DNA of 22,557 nt from IMG/VR virus record IMGVR_UViG_3300011268_000517, positions 1 to 22,557 of that record. One strand, 5' to 3'. Shown in pieces: positions 1-9,585 of this stretch (its first letter is position 1; the number at the start of each line of letters is the position of its first letter). The notes beneath the pieces are model-generated. The model was not told where the DNA came from and ran no database searches. It worked only from the letters and a program-made list of their open reading frames with translations. A program made the position numbers and the translations under genes. Origin of the DNA: a virus.

Positions 1-211
1 TATTATGGATAACATCAATTTTCTTTTTCTGGCAGTCGTACAGTGCAAATTTAACTAAACCATGATCAAGAGAAACAATGTAGCAATAATTTTCAATAAA
101 GTAAACTGGATCTTGCGAGCACTTAATGTATTCTTGGATCTGTTCTGGCGTAAAGCTAATCTGAACGCCAGCTGCTTTCAGGTTCGGGTTGTTATTATAA
201 AACTCAGCCAT
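1..211 (-). CDS. gp17: Terminase large subunit, T4 gp17-like (N-terminal 70 aa; runs off the window)
   Basis: Not in the ORF track. Manual translation from the ATG at 211 gives MAEFYNNNPNLKAAGVQISFTPEQIQEYIKCSQDPVYFIENYCYIVSLDHGLVKFALYDCQKKKIDVIHN, the typical N-terminus of T4-like terminases (Y..NPNLK, EY.KC..DP.YF). It starts immediately after the gp15 stop. Confidence 0.93.
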   Translation of the reverse strand, partial: MAEFYNNNPNLKAAGVQISFTPEQIQEYIKCSQDPVYFIENYCYIVSLDHGLVKFALYDCQKKKIDVIHN

Positions 212-955
212 TTAAAATGTGTCTAACCAATTCTCACTAGTTACAGTTACAGTTTGTGTATCACCTTCAGCGGTATATGCTCTATTCGGGTTTGAATAAT
301 CTTCGTTATTACCGACAGAAGCATTAACTTGAGTGATAACTCCTTGTCCAGATACTGGACCAAACAGGTTCATCTTCATCGTGAAATTAAGTGTATGAGT
401 AACGAATCTTCTTTCTTGGAAAGTTCCATCATATTCGTCTTGAACTGAAACTGCGTTTAAAATGATAGGTATATCAGTTTTTATACCTAAAGAATCTATT
501 GTATTGATCGTCAGAGTATATTCTGGAGTGAATGTTGGTAGAATCTGCTCAAGAATTTGTAGACCATCTTCTTGAGTTTTTGTTAAAATATACAGATTAA
601 CACTAACATTGTATGGCACTGGCGTGTAAACAGTAGACTGTATTGAAGAGTCGCCAGACTTAATCTTTTGCATACGATTTGTTTTACGAGAAGAATCGTA
701 TGAATAGTCTGTAATCTCGAAAGACATTCGAGGTAGAGAAATCATTGTGTTGTTCTCTAGGTTTGGATCAGAATCTAGTCTGACTAACCATTTTTCCTTA
801 GGTGCGTATGCTAGCGGAACTTGTAATCGCTGTAGAGTAGTTCCATTGACAGAATCACCTTGTTTACGATCGATATAGATGTCACTAAACAAACGACCAA
901 ATGCAACAATACCCTTTCGGATAGTACCGTGATAATAAACGCTTCCATTAAGCAT
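212..955 (-). CDS. gp15: Tail sheath stabiliser / tail terminator, T4 gp15-like
   Basis: Motifs YYH.TIRK.IVAFG.LF, VPLAYAPKEKW, LPRMSFE, PVPYN and QILEQILP.F.P; synteny gp13-gp14-gp15. Confidence 0.95.
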   Translation of the reverse strand: MLNGSVYYHGTIRKGIVAFGRLFSDIYIDRKQGDSVNGTTLQRLQVPLAYAPKEKWLVRLDSDPNLENNTMISLPRMSFEITDYSYDSSRKTNRMQKIKSGDSSIQSTVYTPVPYNVSVNLYILTKTQEDGLQILEQILPTFTPEYTLTINTIDSLGIKTDIPIILNAVSVQDEYDGTFQERRFVTHTLNFTMKMNLFGPVSGQGVITQVNASVGNNEDYSNPNRAYTAEGDTQTVTVTSENWLDTF

Positions 956-1859
956 TGTTTATCTCTCCGAATGGGTTAGAGTCGTCAAAGTTGATAACAC
1001 CAGAAGACTGTTTTTTAAATTTGTTATTGTCGCCGAATGAATCTGCTTTGTCGATATCGATCTCTATGTTGGCTTGCGCTTGGGCACCAATTCCACCACC
1101 GCCGACAAAATTTATAACAGGTGCAGTTTGATATCCAGTGCCACCATCGATGACATTAACAGAAGTCACTTTACCATTATTAATAACAGCTTGTGCAACA
1201 GCACCTGATCCACTAGAGCTAACAAAAGATACTGCTGGCGCAGATGTGTATCCAGAACCATTAGATGTCATAGTGATAGACTTAACCTCGCCTGTGCGGT
1301 TTCTAGTGGTATTAGTATTGAATGTTTTAAGACTTTCAAACGTATCCACGGCAGCAATACCAGTATCGATCTGTTCTGATGCATACTGGAACAGTTCTAC
1401 TTGTAGTTTGTAGACGTATAGTTTACCCAACTGATAGAACGGGTCTTGATGTTGAACAAATTTGATCTCAAACAAACCTTTAGACAATGGGAAATATATT
1501 AAATCACCTTCATTGGGTCTTGTAGGAACAGTTGTAACTCCATAACGACCAACGAACTGCTCCCAACGACGACGAGCAACTACTAGTGTGGCTGACTGTT
1601 CCATCATCAAACCAAACTTTTCAATAAATGCTCCTTGTCCACCGAATGAATCAACATTCTCGAAATACATTTCGATAGGAAAGGCTGACTTAAAGTGGCT
1701 TAGGCGATCTTCGCCTAGAATTTCATCTTTTGAAACTAGCGTTCTTGGAATGTACATAACCTCTTGACCATAGATACGTAATGATTCTATGATCAAGTCT
1801 TCAATCAGGTACTGTTCGTTTCTAGTACCTTGTGAAAAATATACATTTGTTGTAGACAT
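948..1859 (-). CDS. gp14: Neck / head completion protein, T4 gp14-like, with a C-terminal repeat insertion
   Basis: Motifs EQ.LIEDLIIES..IYG..V.YIPR, RPNEGDLIYFP, LFEIKFV, PFYQLGK and C-terminal NPFG. Confidence 0.95.
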   Translation of the reverse strand: MSTTNVYFSQGTRNEQYLIEDLIIESLRIYGQEVMYIPRTLVSKDEILGEDRLSHFKSAFPIEMYFENVDSFGGQGAFIEKFGLMMEQSATLVVARRRWEQFVGRYGVTTVPTRPNEGDLIYFPLSKGLFEIKFVQHQDPFYQLGKLYVYKLQVELFQYASEQIDTGIAAVDTFESLKTFNTNTTRNRTGEVKSITMTSNGSGYTSAPAVSFVSSSGSGAVAQAVINNGKVTSVNVIDGGTGYQTAPVINFVGGGGIGAQAQANIEIDIDKADSFGDNNKFKKQSSGVINFDDSNPFGEINNA

Positions 1860-1860
1860 T

Positions 1861-2820
1861 TTAGCCCATCATAAAGTTTAGTGGAGCAGACTTATTAGTT
1901 AGGTCTTCTTTTAGTTTAGAGATCTCGTCCACAGCTTCTTGATATAGAGAATCACCATCAAGAGTAACACCACCTGGAAGCTGAATACCCTTAAACTTTT
2001 TAATGTTAATCGCCCACTGACGTTTGAATAAAGCGATCGTGTAATCCTTTAACCAGTTATCATTCCATACTTTAGACCACTGATTTGGGTCCATGGCACG
2101 GTATCCTTTAACGATCATATAGTCACCTAAAACAACATTCTGTTTCCAGTTGATGTCAAGATATAGGCGGTCTTGTAATCTGTTGTATCTAAAGCTGTCC
2201 TTACCGTTTAAAGTGAAGTCTAACAGAGAAAGATGATTCATAACAGTTTGGTAGTAGATGATAGACGTAGAAGTCAAATCATACAAGTCATTCAAACGTA
2301 GTTGATACTGTAAGTCGAAGATATTTCTAGAAGATGATGCAGATCCGATAGAAAGAACATCAGTCACACCGAATACGTGATCTGGAATATTGATGTACTT
2401 GTTATCATATTCACGGAGTGTGATTGGTGTATTGCTGTCTAAAGTTGCTGTTATAGATGTGCCAGCTAAGACCTCACCACCTTGAAATGTTCCCTTTACA
2501 TCTCTAACTAACAAAAGATTGCCGCTAGAAGTTCTATGGTCTTTTGTTACTGTTGCTTTAGCACCAGAAGATAGACCAGTAACGATCTCTCCAATATTGA
2601 ATGTAGCTGCATTATTCGTAGTTAGAGTCATTTCTGAAGCACGAATCTGTTGCTTCATATACATTTCTTCGATACCATCATAGTGGTATAGACGCCAATA
2701 ATCAATGGCTTCGTCTAGACGATCTTCTAGTTGATCGTCGTCTACGTTAATTTCTACGACAGGAGCGCCGAGTGCTCTCAGCGCATACTGTTTAAGACTC
2801 TCTCTTGAATTAACTGCCAT
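1861..2820 (-). CDS. gp13: Neck protein, T4 gp13-like
   Basis: Motifs LKQYALRALGAPVVEINVDDDQ, WLKDY..AL.KRQW..N..KF.G.QLPGGVTLDG and C-terminal P..FMMG. Confidence 0.95.
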   Translation of the reverse strand: MAVNSRESLKQYALRALGAPVVEINVDDDQLEDRLDEAIDYWRLYHYDGIEEMYMKQQIRASEMTLTTNNAATFNIGEIVTGLSSGAKATVTKDHRTSSGNLLLVRDVKGTFQGGEVLAGTSITATLDSNTPITLREYDNKYINIPDHVFGVTDVLSIGSASSSRNIFDLQYQLRLNDLYDLTSTSIIYYQTVMNHLSLLDFTLNGKDSFRYNRLQDRLYLDINWKQNVVLGDYMIVKGYRAMDPNQWSKVWNDNWLKDYTIALFKRQWAINIKKFKGIQLPGGVTLDGDSLYQEAVDEISKLKEDLTNKSAPLNFMMG

Positions 2821-2822
2821 GG

Positions 2823-5800
2823 TTATTCCTTAATTTTTGCTTTTAGTAGTTCCACTTCAGCAGTTAGTTCTTGAACAGCTTTAATTAGAACAGAAACCAT
2901 CTGCCCGTAGTTAACAGTCTTCATGCCGTTTTCTTGTTCTCCAACAAACTCAGGCAAGACCTTTTCAACTTCTTGAGCAATTAAACCAACTTCTTGTTTA
3001 TTGTCTTTAATATATGTAACAGAACGAAGAGCTAATACAGTATCTAGTCCGTATTGTGAATCAACTACATTAGTTTTAATTCTAATATCAGAAGAAACCT
3101 GGAATGCAGAAGCAGTAATAGTACCTGCAGAGAAGTTACCAGAACCATCACGAGCGACAACCATATTCGCTGTATTTGCGGAAGTGGCATTCGCCGCATT
3201 GAATGCAGTATATCCTAATGCGCCATTGACGTCACCAGATGTCAAAGTAACAACGTTAGTTCTTCCGTTGAAAGAAGTAACCATCGCATTACCAAGATAG
3301 TTCCAGAATACATCAGTTCCGTTTGTAGTTAGAACATATCCGTTTTGTGGAGCAGACTGTGGTGGTAGCAAGTTAGTTCTTGCTGCTTGCGCAGTAGTTG
3401 CACCAGTACCACCTGATCCGATACCCAGCGCATTAGTCAAACTCAAAGAAGACAGAGTGGTAGAACCAGCAGATAAGCTGCTAGACAGAGTTACTGCACC
3501 AGATACGTTTAAAGTACTAGAAAGTGTAGTAGCACCAGTAACACCTAATGTGCTAGAGAAAGAACCAGTTGTTGCTGAAAGCGCAGCAAGAGTTGTTGAA
3601 CCAGATACGTTTAGAGTGCTGCTTAGAGTAGTCGCACCAGTAACACCAAGAGTACCACCAACAGTAGTATTAGAAGAAACTGCAAGAGTAGAGCTTAGAG
3701 TAGTCGCACCAGTAACACCAAGAGTACCACCAACAGATGCGTTGCTAGAAACTGTAGCAGTTCCAGTTACGCTTAGTGGTTTGTTCATTTCCCAACGATC
3801 GTTTGCGGATGCGTAAGTCAATGTAGCGTTGGCACCATTAACAGTCAAACCAGCACCGTTTGCTGCAGCGGCAGTAGCAGCACCATCAGCAAGAACGATG
3901 TTTAGGTCATCAACAGAAAGAGTTGTTGAGTTAATTGTAGTTGTTGTTCCGTTAACAGTCAAGTTACCAGACACAATCAAGTTATTATTAACAGTTGTGT
4001 TACCAGTTCCTGCACCGATAGAAACAGTAGTCGCTGCGCCACCCATGTTTAGGGTAGTAGCAGTAGTATTTGCTAGGTTAAATGTAGCAGTAGAAACTGT
4101 TAGGTCGCCACCATCAATATTAACATCACCATCAACGTCTAAGTTATTACGAACGTTTGTAGTTCCAGAAGTTGCGCCAAGAACAATACTAGTAGCTGCA
4201 CCAAATGCGTTAACAGTAGTAGCAGTACTGTTCCACAGGTTTTGAGTAGCGTTAGAACCAACAACAGTTCCTGGACGTAATGTCAAAGTAGCAGTTGTTG
4301 CGTTACCGATATTTAAAGTAGTAGCTGCGCCGAAAGCGTTGACAGTAGTAGCAACAGTATCATATACGTTCTGTGTACTATTAGAACCGACGATAGTTCC
4401 TGGTCGTGCCAATAGAGTTGCGCTAGTAGCGTTACCCAAGTTAATTGTAGTTGCTGCTCCACCAATGTTTAGAGTTGTAGCAATTGTATTGTATAAGTTT
4501 TGAGTAGCATCGCTACCAACCAAAGTGCCAGAGCGTAGAGTAGTAGTACCACCAGAAGCGCCCATAGCGATAGTGCTTGCAGAACCCAACAAGTTTGCAG
4601 TAGTTGCAGTAGTATTGAATACTGTTACGTTAGTCTGGTTAGTTAAGATGTCTCCACCGTTAACAGAAATGTCACCGAAGATAGAGAATGTACCATCACA
4701 GACGATGTTCTTAACAACACTTATACCGCCAGCGAATCGAACAGATCCGTTAGCAGATGTAGTTGCATCGGTTGAGTTAGTGAATGTAACGATACCGTTA
4801 TCGAAAGTTACGTTAGGGTTACCAATCGTTAACAAACCACCAGCAGTAGAACCGATATTTACGTTGGTTGTAGAACCAGCCAAACCACCAGTAGCTAAGT
4901 TTACTGTCTTGGTTGTTGCTGTAGCAGTAGCGCCAACGCCTACGTTGATAGTTTGTGCTGATGTTACGTTGGCGCCAATGTTTAAAGTTCCAGCAGCACC
5001 GAATGCGTTAACAGTAGTAGCTACAGTATTAAACACAGACTGTGTTGTATTTGCACCAACAACAATCGGATTATTCAGTGTTAATACACCAGTAGATGCA
5101 CCCAAAGATACAGCAGTAGCAGATCCACCAACTGTGATTGATGTTTGAGAAGAATCGTTCAGAACAGAGTTGGAAGTCAATACTGGGATAGCGTTGATTT
5201 CGTAAGTCTTGCCTGTCGCCAAACTGAAGTCTTCAGAAGAAGTCCAAGCGCCAGTAGCGTTGATCCAGTTAATTGTTTTATCAGTACTACCTTTTAGGGT
5301 AATACCACCGCCGTCAGCTGTTGTGTTGGTTGGTGATGCAACTGAGCCCAACTCAATATTCTTGTCGTCTACTGTGACGGTAACTGCATTGATTGTTTGA
5401 GTTGTACCGTTGACAGTGAAAGTTCCGCTAACAACCAAGTCGTTACGAACCGTAGTAGTACCAGTAGCAGCACCGATAGAAACAGTAGTAGCTGCGTTAC
5501 CGATATTTAATGTAGTAGCATTGGTATTGAATAGGGTAGCAGTTGTTGCAGTAGTAGTTACGTCACCGCCGTTAACTGCGATATCGCCAGTTAATGTTGC
5601 ATTGTTAGATGCAAAATCTCCACTAGCATCACGAGCCATAATAGTGCTGGCTGTGTTATTTGGTGTAGAGTTTAAAGATAGTAGTGGGTTGCCAGAGATA
5701 CCATCACCGTTAGTGACAGTAATACCCTGTCCAGAAACCGTAATTGCACGGCTAGTGAATGTTCCCTTAGACTGACGAACCACCAAACCAGCAACAGTGT

Positions 5801-6308
5801 TTTGAGCAATACCACGTGTTTCTACACCAAGCCATTTTTCAAATGTGATAGCGTGTAGATCTAGAGTTGTAGGTTGTGAAGTTAACTTCCAAACAGTTTC
5901 GTTATGTGTAGAACCTTCTGCTACATAAACAAACATTCCTTTTTGAATGTTATAAATTTTGTCGAAGTCATAAGAACGAACCCAAGTTCCTGGAAGATCG
6001 ACTACAGTATAGATACCGTTTTTAGACTGATCAGTCTGCCCTGCGACTAAGACACGATCACCAACAGACAGAGAAACGCCATCAACAGTTTGCACACCCG
6101 AAAGTGTAATGTTAGAAGTAGAGATAACTCTGACAGGCAAACTCTTATACTGGCTATTACCCATAACGATTTCACTACCGCCTGGAGTAGTGCCATCGTG
6201 TAGGCGCATTACTTTATGTGATGTATCAAAAGTCGGCTCAGCGTTAGCGCCAGTAAATGTCTTGTGTTGGTCGTATGTACCACGTCTTAATTGAATTTGT
6301 GTTGGCAT
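2823..6308 (-). CDS. Long tail/neck fibre with an Mtd_N-like N-terminus and a C-terminal intramolecular chaperone (peptidase S74)
   Basis: N-terminal QIQLRRGT...HDGTTPGG; Thr/Gly/Ala-rich beta repeats; SSDIRIKTNV autocleavage motif, GLIAQEVE, and VNYGQMV..LIKAVQEL coiled coil. Confidence 0.88.
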   Translation of the reverse strand: MPTQIQLRRGTYDQHKTFTGANAEPTFDTSHKVMRLHDGTTPGGSEIVMGNSQYKSLPVRVISTSNITLSGVQTVDGVSLSVGDRVLVAGQTDQSKNGIYTVVDLPGTWVRSYDFDKIYNIQKGMFVYVAEGSTHNETVWKLTSQPTTLDLHAITFEKWLGVETRGIAQNTVAGLVVRQSKGTFTSRAITVSGQGITVTNGDGISGNPLLSLNSTPNNTASTIMARDASGDFASNNATLTGDIAVNGGDVTTTATTATLFNTNATTLNIGNAATTVSIGAATGTTTVRNDLVVSGTFTVNGTTQTINAVTVTVDDKNIELGSVASPTNTTADGGGITLKGSTDKTINWINATGAWTSSEDFSLATGKTYEINAIPVLTSNSVLNDSSQTSITVGGSATAVSLGASTGVLTLNNPIVVGANTTQSVFNTVATTVNAFGAAGTLNIGANVTSAQTINVGVGATATATTKTVNLATGGLAGSTTNVNIGSTAGGLLTIGNPNVTFDNGIVTFTNSTDATTSANGSVRFAGGISVVKNIVCDGTFSIFGDISVNGGDILTNQTNVTVFNTTATTANLLGSASTIAMGASGGTTTLRSGTLVGSDATQNLYNTIATTLNIGGAATTINLGNATSATLLARPGTIVGSNSTQNVYDTVATTVNAFGAATTLNIGNATTATLTLRPGTVVGSNATQNLWNSTATTVNAFGAATSIVLGATSGTTNVRNNLDVDGDVNIDGGDLTVSTATFNLANTTATTLNMGGAATTVSIGAGTGNTTVNNNLIVSGNLTVNGTTTTINSTTLSVDDLNIVLADGAATAAAANGAGLTVNGANATLTYASANDRWEMNKPLSVTGTATVSSNASVGGTLGVTGATTLSSTLAVSSNTTVGGTLGVTGATTLSSTLNVSGSTTLAALSATTGSFSSTLGVTGATTLSSTLNVSGAVTLSSSLSAGSTTLSSLSLTNALGIGSGGTGATTAQAARTNLLPPQSAPQNGYVLTTNGTDVFWNYLGNAMVTSFNGRTNVVTLTSGDVNGALGYTAFNAANATSANTANMVVARDGSGNFSAGTITASAFQVSSDIRIKTNVVDSQYGLDTVLALRSVTYIKDNKQEVGLIAQEVEKVLPEFVGEQENGMKTVNYGQMVSVLIKAVQELTAEVELLKAKIKE
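3621..3736. repeat. Two identical 44-nt direct repeats (period 72 nt) inside the fibre gene
   Basis: gcttagagtagtcgcaccagtaacaccaagagtaccaccaacag at 3621-3664 and 3693-3736, encoding VGGTLGVTGATTLS. Confidence 0.9.
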
Positions 6309-6317
6309 TTCTTATCC

Positions 6318-6848
6318 TTAAGCGAGTGCTCCAAAATCTACAGTATTAAACACCCCAACAGGTTCCATATTATCATATGTGATAATCGCAACGATAGGGA
6401 CACCGAACGCATCATATGCGGCAGCGGAAACGATATCACCATAATCTCCTTTTGGATACCCAGAAGCTGATGCAGTGCCGTCGGCGTATGCTTTGTTAAC
6501 AGCGTCTGTATTTCCAATCGGTGCTGATAAGGCAGTGATTAAATTGCCATTCATAGAAAGCGGAACATCAAATGTGATCTGTCCGCCACCGAATCTAGCG
6601 ATGACAGTTCCGCCTACTTGAATCTGAAGAATGGTATTGTTTTGAGCGTCAGTAGTATAGGTTACTGCGCTGTTTGTTGATGGTTGTGTGAAACCACGTG
6701 AAGCGAATGCTTCGATTTCGTTGTTGCTGTTTTTAAAATAAAGAAATCCATCAGCGTAGTTGAGTGCAACTTCGCCGTATTCTAAGTCAGTGACAAGAGG
6801 CTTCTTTGTCGTTACTGACGATTTTTTAAGGATAATCTTATTTGACAT
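6318..6848 (-). CDS. Short fibre connector/adaptor protein
   Basis: N-terminal KIILKKS...LEYGEVALNYADG.LYFK resembles the L..GE.A.N..D module at the start of T4-like fibre segments. It also has an ITALSAP...DAVNKAY fibre motif. Confidence 0.65.
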   Translation of the reverse strand: MSNKIILKKSSVTTKKPLVTDLEYGEVALNYADGFLYFKNSNNEIEAFASRGFTQPSTNSAVTYTTDAQNNTILQIQVGGTVIARFGGGQITFDVPLSMNGNLITALSAPIGNTDAVNKAYADGTASASGYPKGDYGDIVSAAAYDAFGVPIVAIITYDNMEPVGVFNTVDFGALA

Positions 6849-6879
6849 TATTTCTTTATTCTAAAAAGAACAACAACTG

Positions 6880-6917
6880 AGTAGTAAGAACTACTGGGTG
6901 GGAATTTCACCCACCCA
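6880..6917 (-). promoter_or_regulatory. Two adjacent hairpins in the intergenic leader (possible terminator or structured RNA)
   Basis: 8-bp stem tgggtggg (6895-6902) / cccaccca (6910-6917), and 6-bp stem agtagt (6880-6885) / actact (6890-6895). A T-rich tract follows on the minus strand. Confidence 0.55.
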
Positions 6918-6925
6918 TTATCAAT

Positions 6926-6933
6926 TATTTAGT
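6926..6933 (-). promoter_or_regulatory. Candidate T4-type late promoter ACTAAATA
   Basis: tatttagt on the + strand, intergenic, upstream of 6318..6848. Confidence 0.65.
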
Positions 6934-6938
6934 AACAA

Positions 6939-9320
6939 TTAATAAGTTCCGCCATCGATAGTAAATCCATCAATAGTAGAGGTAGAAGCACCAGCGCCAG
7001 TTAAGTTAGCTGACAATGTTACGTTTCCAGTAACACCTAGAGTAGAAGATAAAGTAGTCGCACCAGATACTGCTAGGGTAGATGTTAAAGTTGTCGCACC
7101 GTTAGCTGCAAGAGTTGTGAACGCACCAGTAGAACGAGTAGTCGCACCAATTGGTGTGTTGTTAACTGTACCACCACTAATAGTTAAGTTGTCGGCGATA
7201 TAAGCATCAGCAATAACAGAACCATTCCAAGTACCAGTAGTGATAGTACCCAGAGTAGTAATAGATGTCTGACCTACGTATGTAGAAGCGATATCGATGC
7301 TATCGGCATTAACTGTGATTCGGTTTGCAGTCCCAACGATATTCAAGACACCAGAAGTGAATGTCAAACCTGCGCCAGCAACAGAAGAAGCTAGTTGAAC
7401 AGTATCATTTGCAATAGTTACACCGTTACCAACTTGAACTTCTAGAGTGTAACCGTTCTTGATAAGACCAGCGCCAGCGATTAGAGTACCAGAAGCAGAG
7501 AACAGAGTCCAGTTAATCGCATCAGTGCCGATAGTAACAACAGTATCAGAAACCACAACGAAACCAGTGTTATCGTTAACAGTACCTTGTTCAACGAATA
7601 CAAAAGTTCCTGGGTTTAGTTCTGCTGGAGCGTCAGCGTCAGTAGAACGAGTCCACGCACCAGCAGCAACGATATAAATACCGTTTTGAGAAGCGGTGCT
7701 TTGATCTTTAACAAGAACACGATCACCAACAGACAGAGTTACGCCATCAATAACCTGTGTGCCAGAAAGAGTAATGTTACCAGTTGTAGCAGCTTTAACA
7801 GAGTTCTTGATATCAAGACCAGAGCGAGCAGCGTCAACGTAGTACTTTGTAGCAGCATCAGAGTCAGCGGTTGGTTCTGCCAAGTTAGTGATCTTCTGAC
7901 CACTCATATTCACGGCAGAGCTAAATGTAGCAGCACCAGTTACTGCCAATGTTCCAGCGATAGAAGTGTTACCAGAACCTGCTGCGACTGTAAATTTGTT
8001 GCTATTAACAGAAAGGTTACCAGTCACATCTAATGTGCTGGATAGAGTAGCTGCTCCTGTTACACCAAGAGTTCCATCGATAGAAGTGTTACCAGTAGAA
8101 GCTGCAACATTAAACTTGTTAGTATTAACGCTCAAATCATTTGTTACTGATAGCGTACCAGCAAGAGTACTGTTTCCAGTAACACTTAATGTGCCGCCAA
8201 CGCTAGTGTTACCAGAAGTTGCAGCAACTGTAAATTTATTGGTATTAACCGCAAAGTCCCCAGCAACACCAAGTGTAGAACTTAGAGTAGCTGCTCCAGT
8301 TACACCCAATGTTCCGCCTAGAGTTGTATTTCCAGTAACACCAAGTGTAGAACTTAGAGTAGTCGCACCAGTAACACCTAGCGTACCACCAACAGCAGTA
8401 TTACCAGTTACACCAAGAGATGAAAGACCAGCAAGACCAGTAGTTGTAGAACCAAGGGCTAGAGTAGAAGAACCAAGAGTGATTGTCTTTGCAGAAACAG
8501 CACCAGCAGTTACAGTAAAGTTAGCTGTGTCAAAAGAAGCGACACCCTTGTTAGTAGTGCTTGCATCTTCTGCATAGATTGTTAGAGTATTTGCTGTAAT
8601 AGCAGTATCAATACCCTCGCCACCAACGATAGCCAAAGTCTCTGATAATAGAGAAATGCCGTCAGAACCAGTGTCGCCTGTTAGGTTTAATGTTGTAGCA
8701 ACAGAAACGGAACCTGCTGCAGACAAACGTCCCTTACTATCAACAGTGAATGTTGGGATAGAAGTAGCAGAACCGTAAGACCCAGCAGTTACGCCAGTAG
8801 TCTTAAGTGCTAATGAAGTAGTGCCAGCAGTATCATCGTAAGTAGCATCTATTTCAGAAGAATCAACGATACCGCCACCAGCAACGTCTTGAATAAATTC
8901 TGTAAGACTAGTAGTAGCATCAGTATAGATATTGGTAATAATTGTCTTACCAGTACCATTAGGAGTGATGTTAATATCACCATTGGTATTGGTTGAAGAA
9001 AGGGTGCTACCAGTTAATTGTAGGTTACCAACCAACCACTTATCAATGCTACCCGTAGCAGAAAGTACTGGAATAGACTTAGCAGTAGTGTTAAGTGTAC
9101 CACCTGAACCACCTGCGTCGACTAGACCAGTGTAGTATTTACCACCGATAATAACGTGATTGACTGCGTTACCAGCAGTCTCCGTGCCCATACCAATGTA
9201 TAAGCGATCTCCACCGTTAGCGCCGTTATCTGCTAACGCTGAATAAGCTAACTCACCTGCGCCCAGCGTTGCTGGGTTGCCAGATGTGCTAGAACGTTTA
9301 ATTCTAATAATAGAAGCCAT
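6939..9320 (-). CDS. Tail/neck fibre protein, repeat-rich
   Basis: N-terminal IIRIKRS...LGAGELAY; repeats of GGTLGVTG..TLSSTL and VNTNKF.VAA.SGNTS; ITNLAEP...DAATKYYVD motif; GDRVLVKDQ...NGIY domain; ends in IDGGTY. Confidence 0.85.
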   Translation of the reverse strand: MASIIRIKRSSTSGNPATLGAGELAYSALADNGANGGDRLYIGMGTETAGNAVNHVIIGGKYYTGLVDAGGSGGTLNTTAKSIPVLSATGSIDKWLVGNLQLTGSTLSSTNTNGDINITPNGTGKTIITNIYTDATTSLTEFIQDVAGGGIVDSSEIDATYDDTAGTTSLALKTTGVTAGSYGSATSIPTFTVDSKGRLSAAGSVSVATTLNLTGDTGSDGISLLSETLAIVGGEGIDTAITANTLTIYAEDASTTNKGVASFDTANFTVTAGAVSAKTITLGSSTLALGSTTTGLAGLSSLGVTGNTAVGGTLGVTGATTLSSTLGVTGNTTLGGTLGVTGAATLSSTLGVAGDFAVNTNKFTVAATSGNTSVGGTLSVTGNSTLAGTLSVTNDLSVNTNKFNVAASTGNTSIDGTLGVTGAATLSSTLDVTGNLSVNSNKFTVAAGSGNTSIAGTLAVTGAATFSSAVNMSGQKITNLAEPTADSDAATKYYVDAARSGLDIKNSVKAATTGNITLSGTQVIDGVTLSVGDRVLVKDQSTASQNGIYIVAAGAWTRSTDADAPAELNPGTFVFVEQGTVNDNTGFVVVSDTVVTIGTDAINWTLFSASGTLIAGAGLIKNGYTLEVQVGNGVTIANDTVQLASSVAGAGLTFTSGVLNIVGTANRITVNADSIDIASTYVGQTSITTLGTITTGTWNGSVIADAYIADNLTISGGTVNNTPIGATTRSTGAFTTLAANGATTLTSTLAVSGATTLSSTLGVTGNVTLSANLTGAGASTSTIDGFTIDGGTY

Positions 9321-9332
9321 CTATGTTCTCCG

Positions 9333-9584
9333 TTAAAATTCGCCGCCTTCCATGTTCTGCGCATCTAGCGTAGTCGTGGAAGTCCATCTATTTGTTACTG
9401 TTCTGTATACTAAAATCGACCCATCTATCTTACCATTAGTAGCTGTATCTACGTCTGCGACGCTATCAAGAGATTCAACTACAGCTGGATTGGACACGGT
9501 TGATGATGCAAGTGTAAGAACACCTTCGGATACTGCTACCTGAAGAGCTTCATCGGATTGTACAATAGCAATTGTATCAGACAT
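9333..9584 (-). CDS. Small fibre-associated adaptor protein
   Basis: L..V.DVD....DGSILVY....RW fibre-type motif; C-terminal EGGEF; in an operon with the fibre genes. Confidence 0.6.
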   Translation of the reverse strand: MSDTIAIVQSDEALQVAVSEGVLTLASSTVSNPAVVESLDSVADVDTATNGKIDGSILVYRTVTNRWTSTTTLDAQNMEGGEF

Positions 9585-9585
9585 T

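Noticed and set aside
6895-6917. FMN riboswitch
   Set aside because: Only the 13-nt T-loop hairpin matches. The other conserved stems are missing and no riboflavin gene is nearby.
7673-7680. Perfect TATAAATA on the plus strand
   Set aside because: It is antisense inside a fibre gene, arises from G-I-Y-I codons and has no credible downstream gene. It also shows that the motif can occur by chance.
3001-9135. Many plus-strand ORFs rich in Val/Pro/Ala opposite the fibre genes
   Set aside because: They are antisense shadows of Thr/Gly-rich fibre codons, with no SD sequences or recognisable motifs. The same applies to the plus-strand ORFs at 17613-21665 and 1138-1413.
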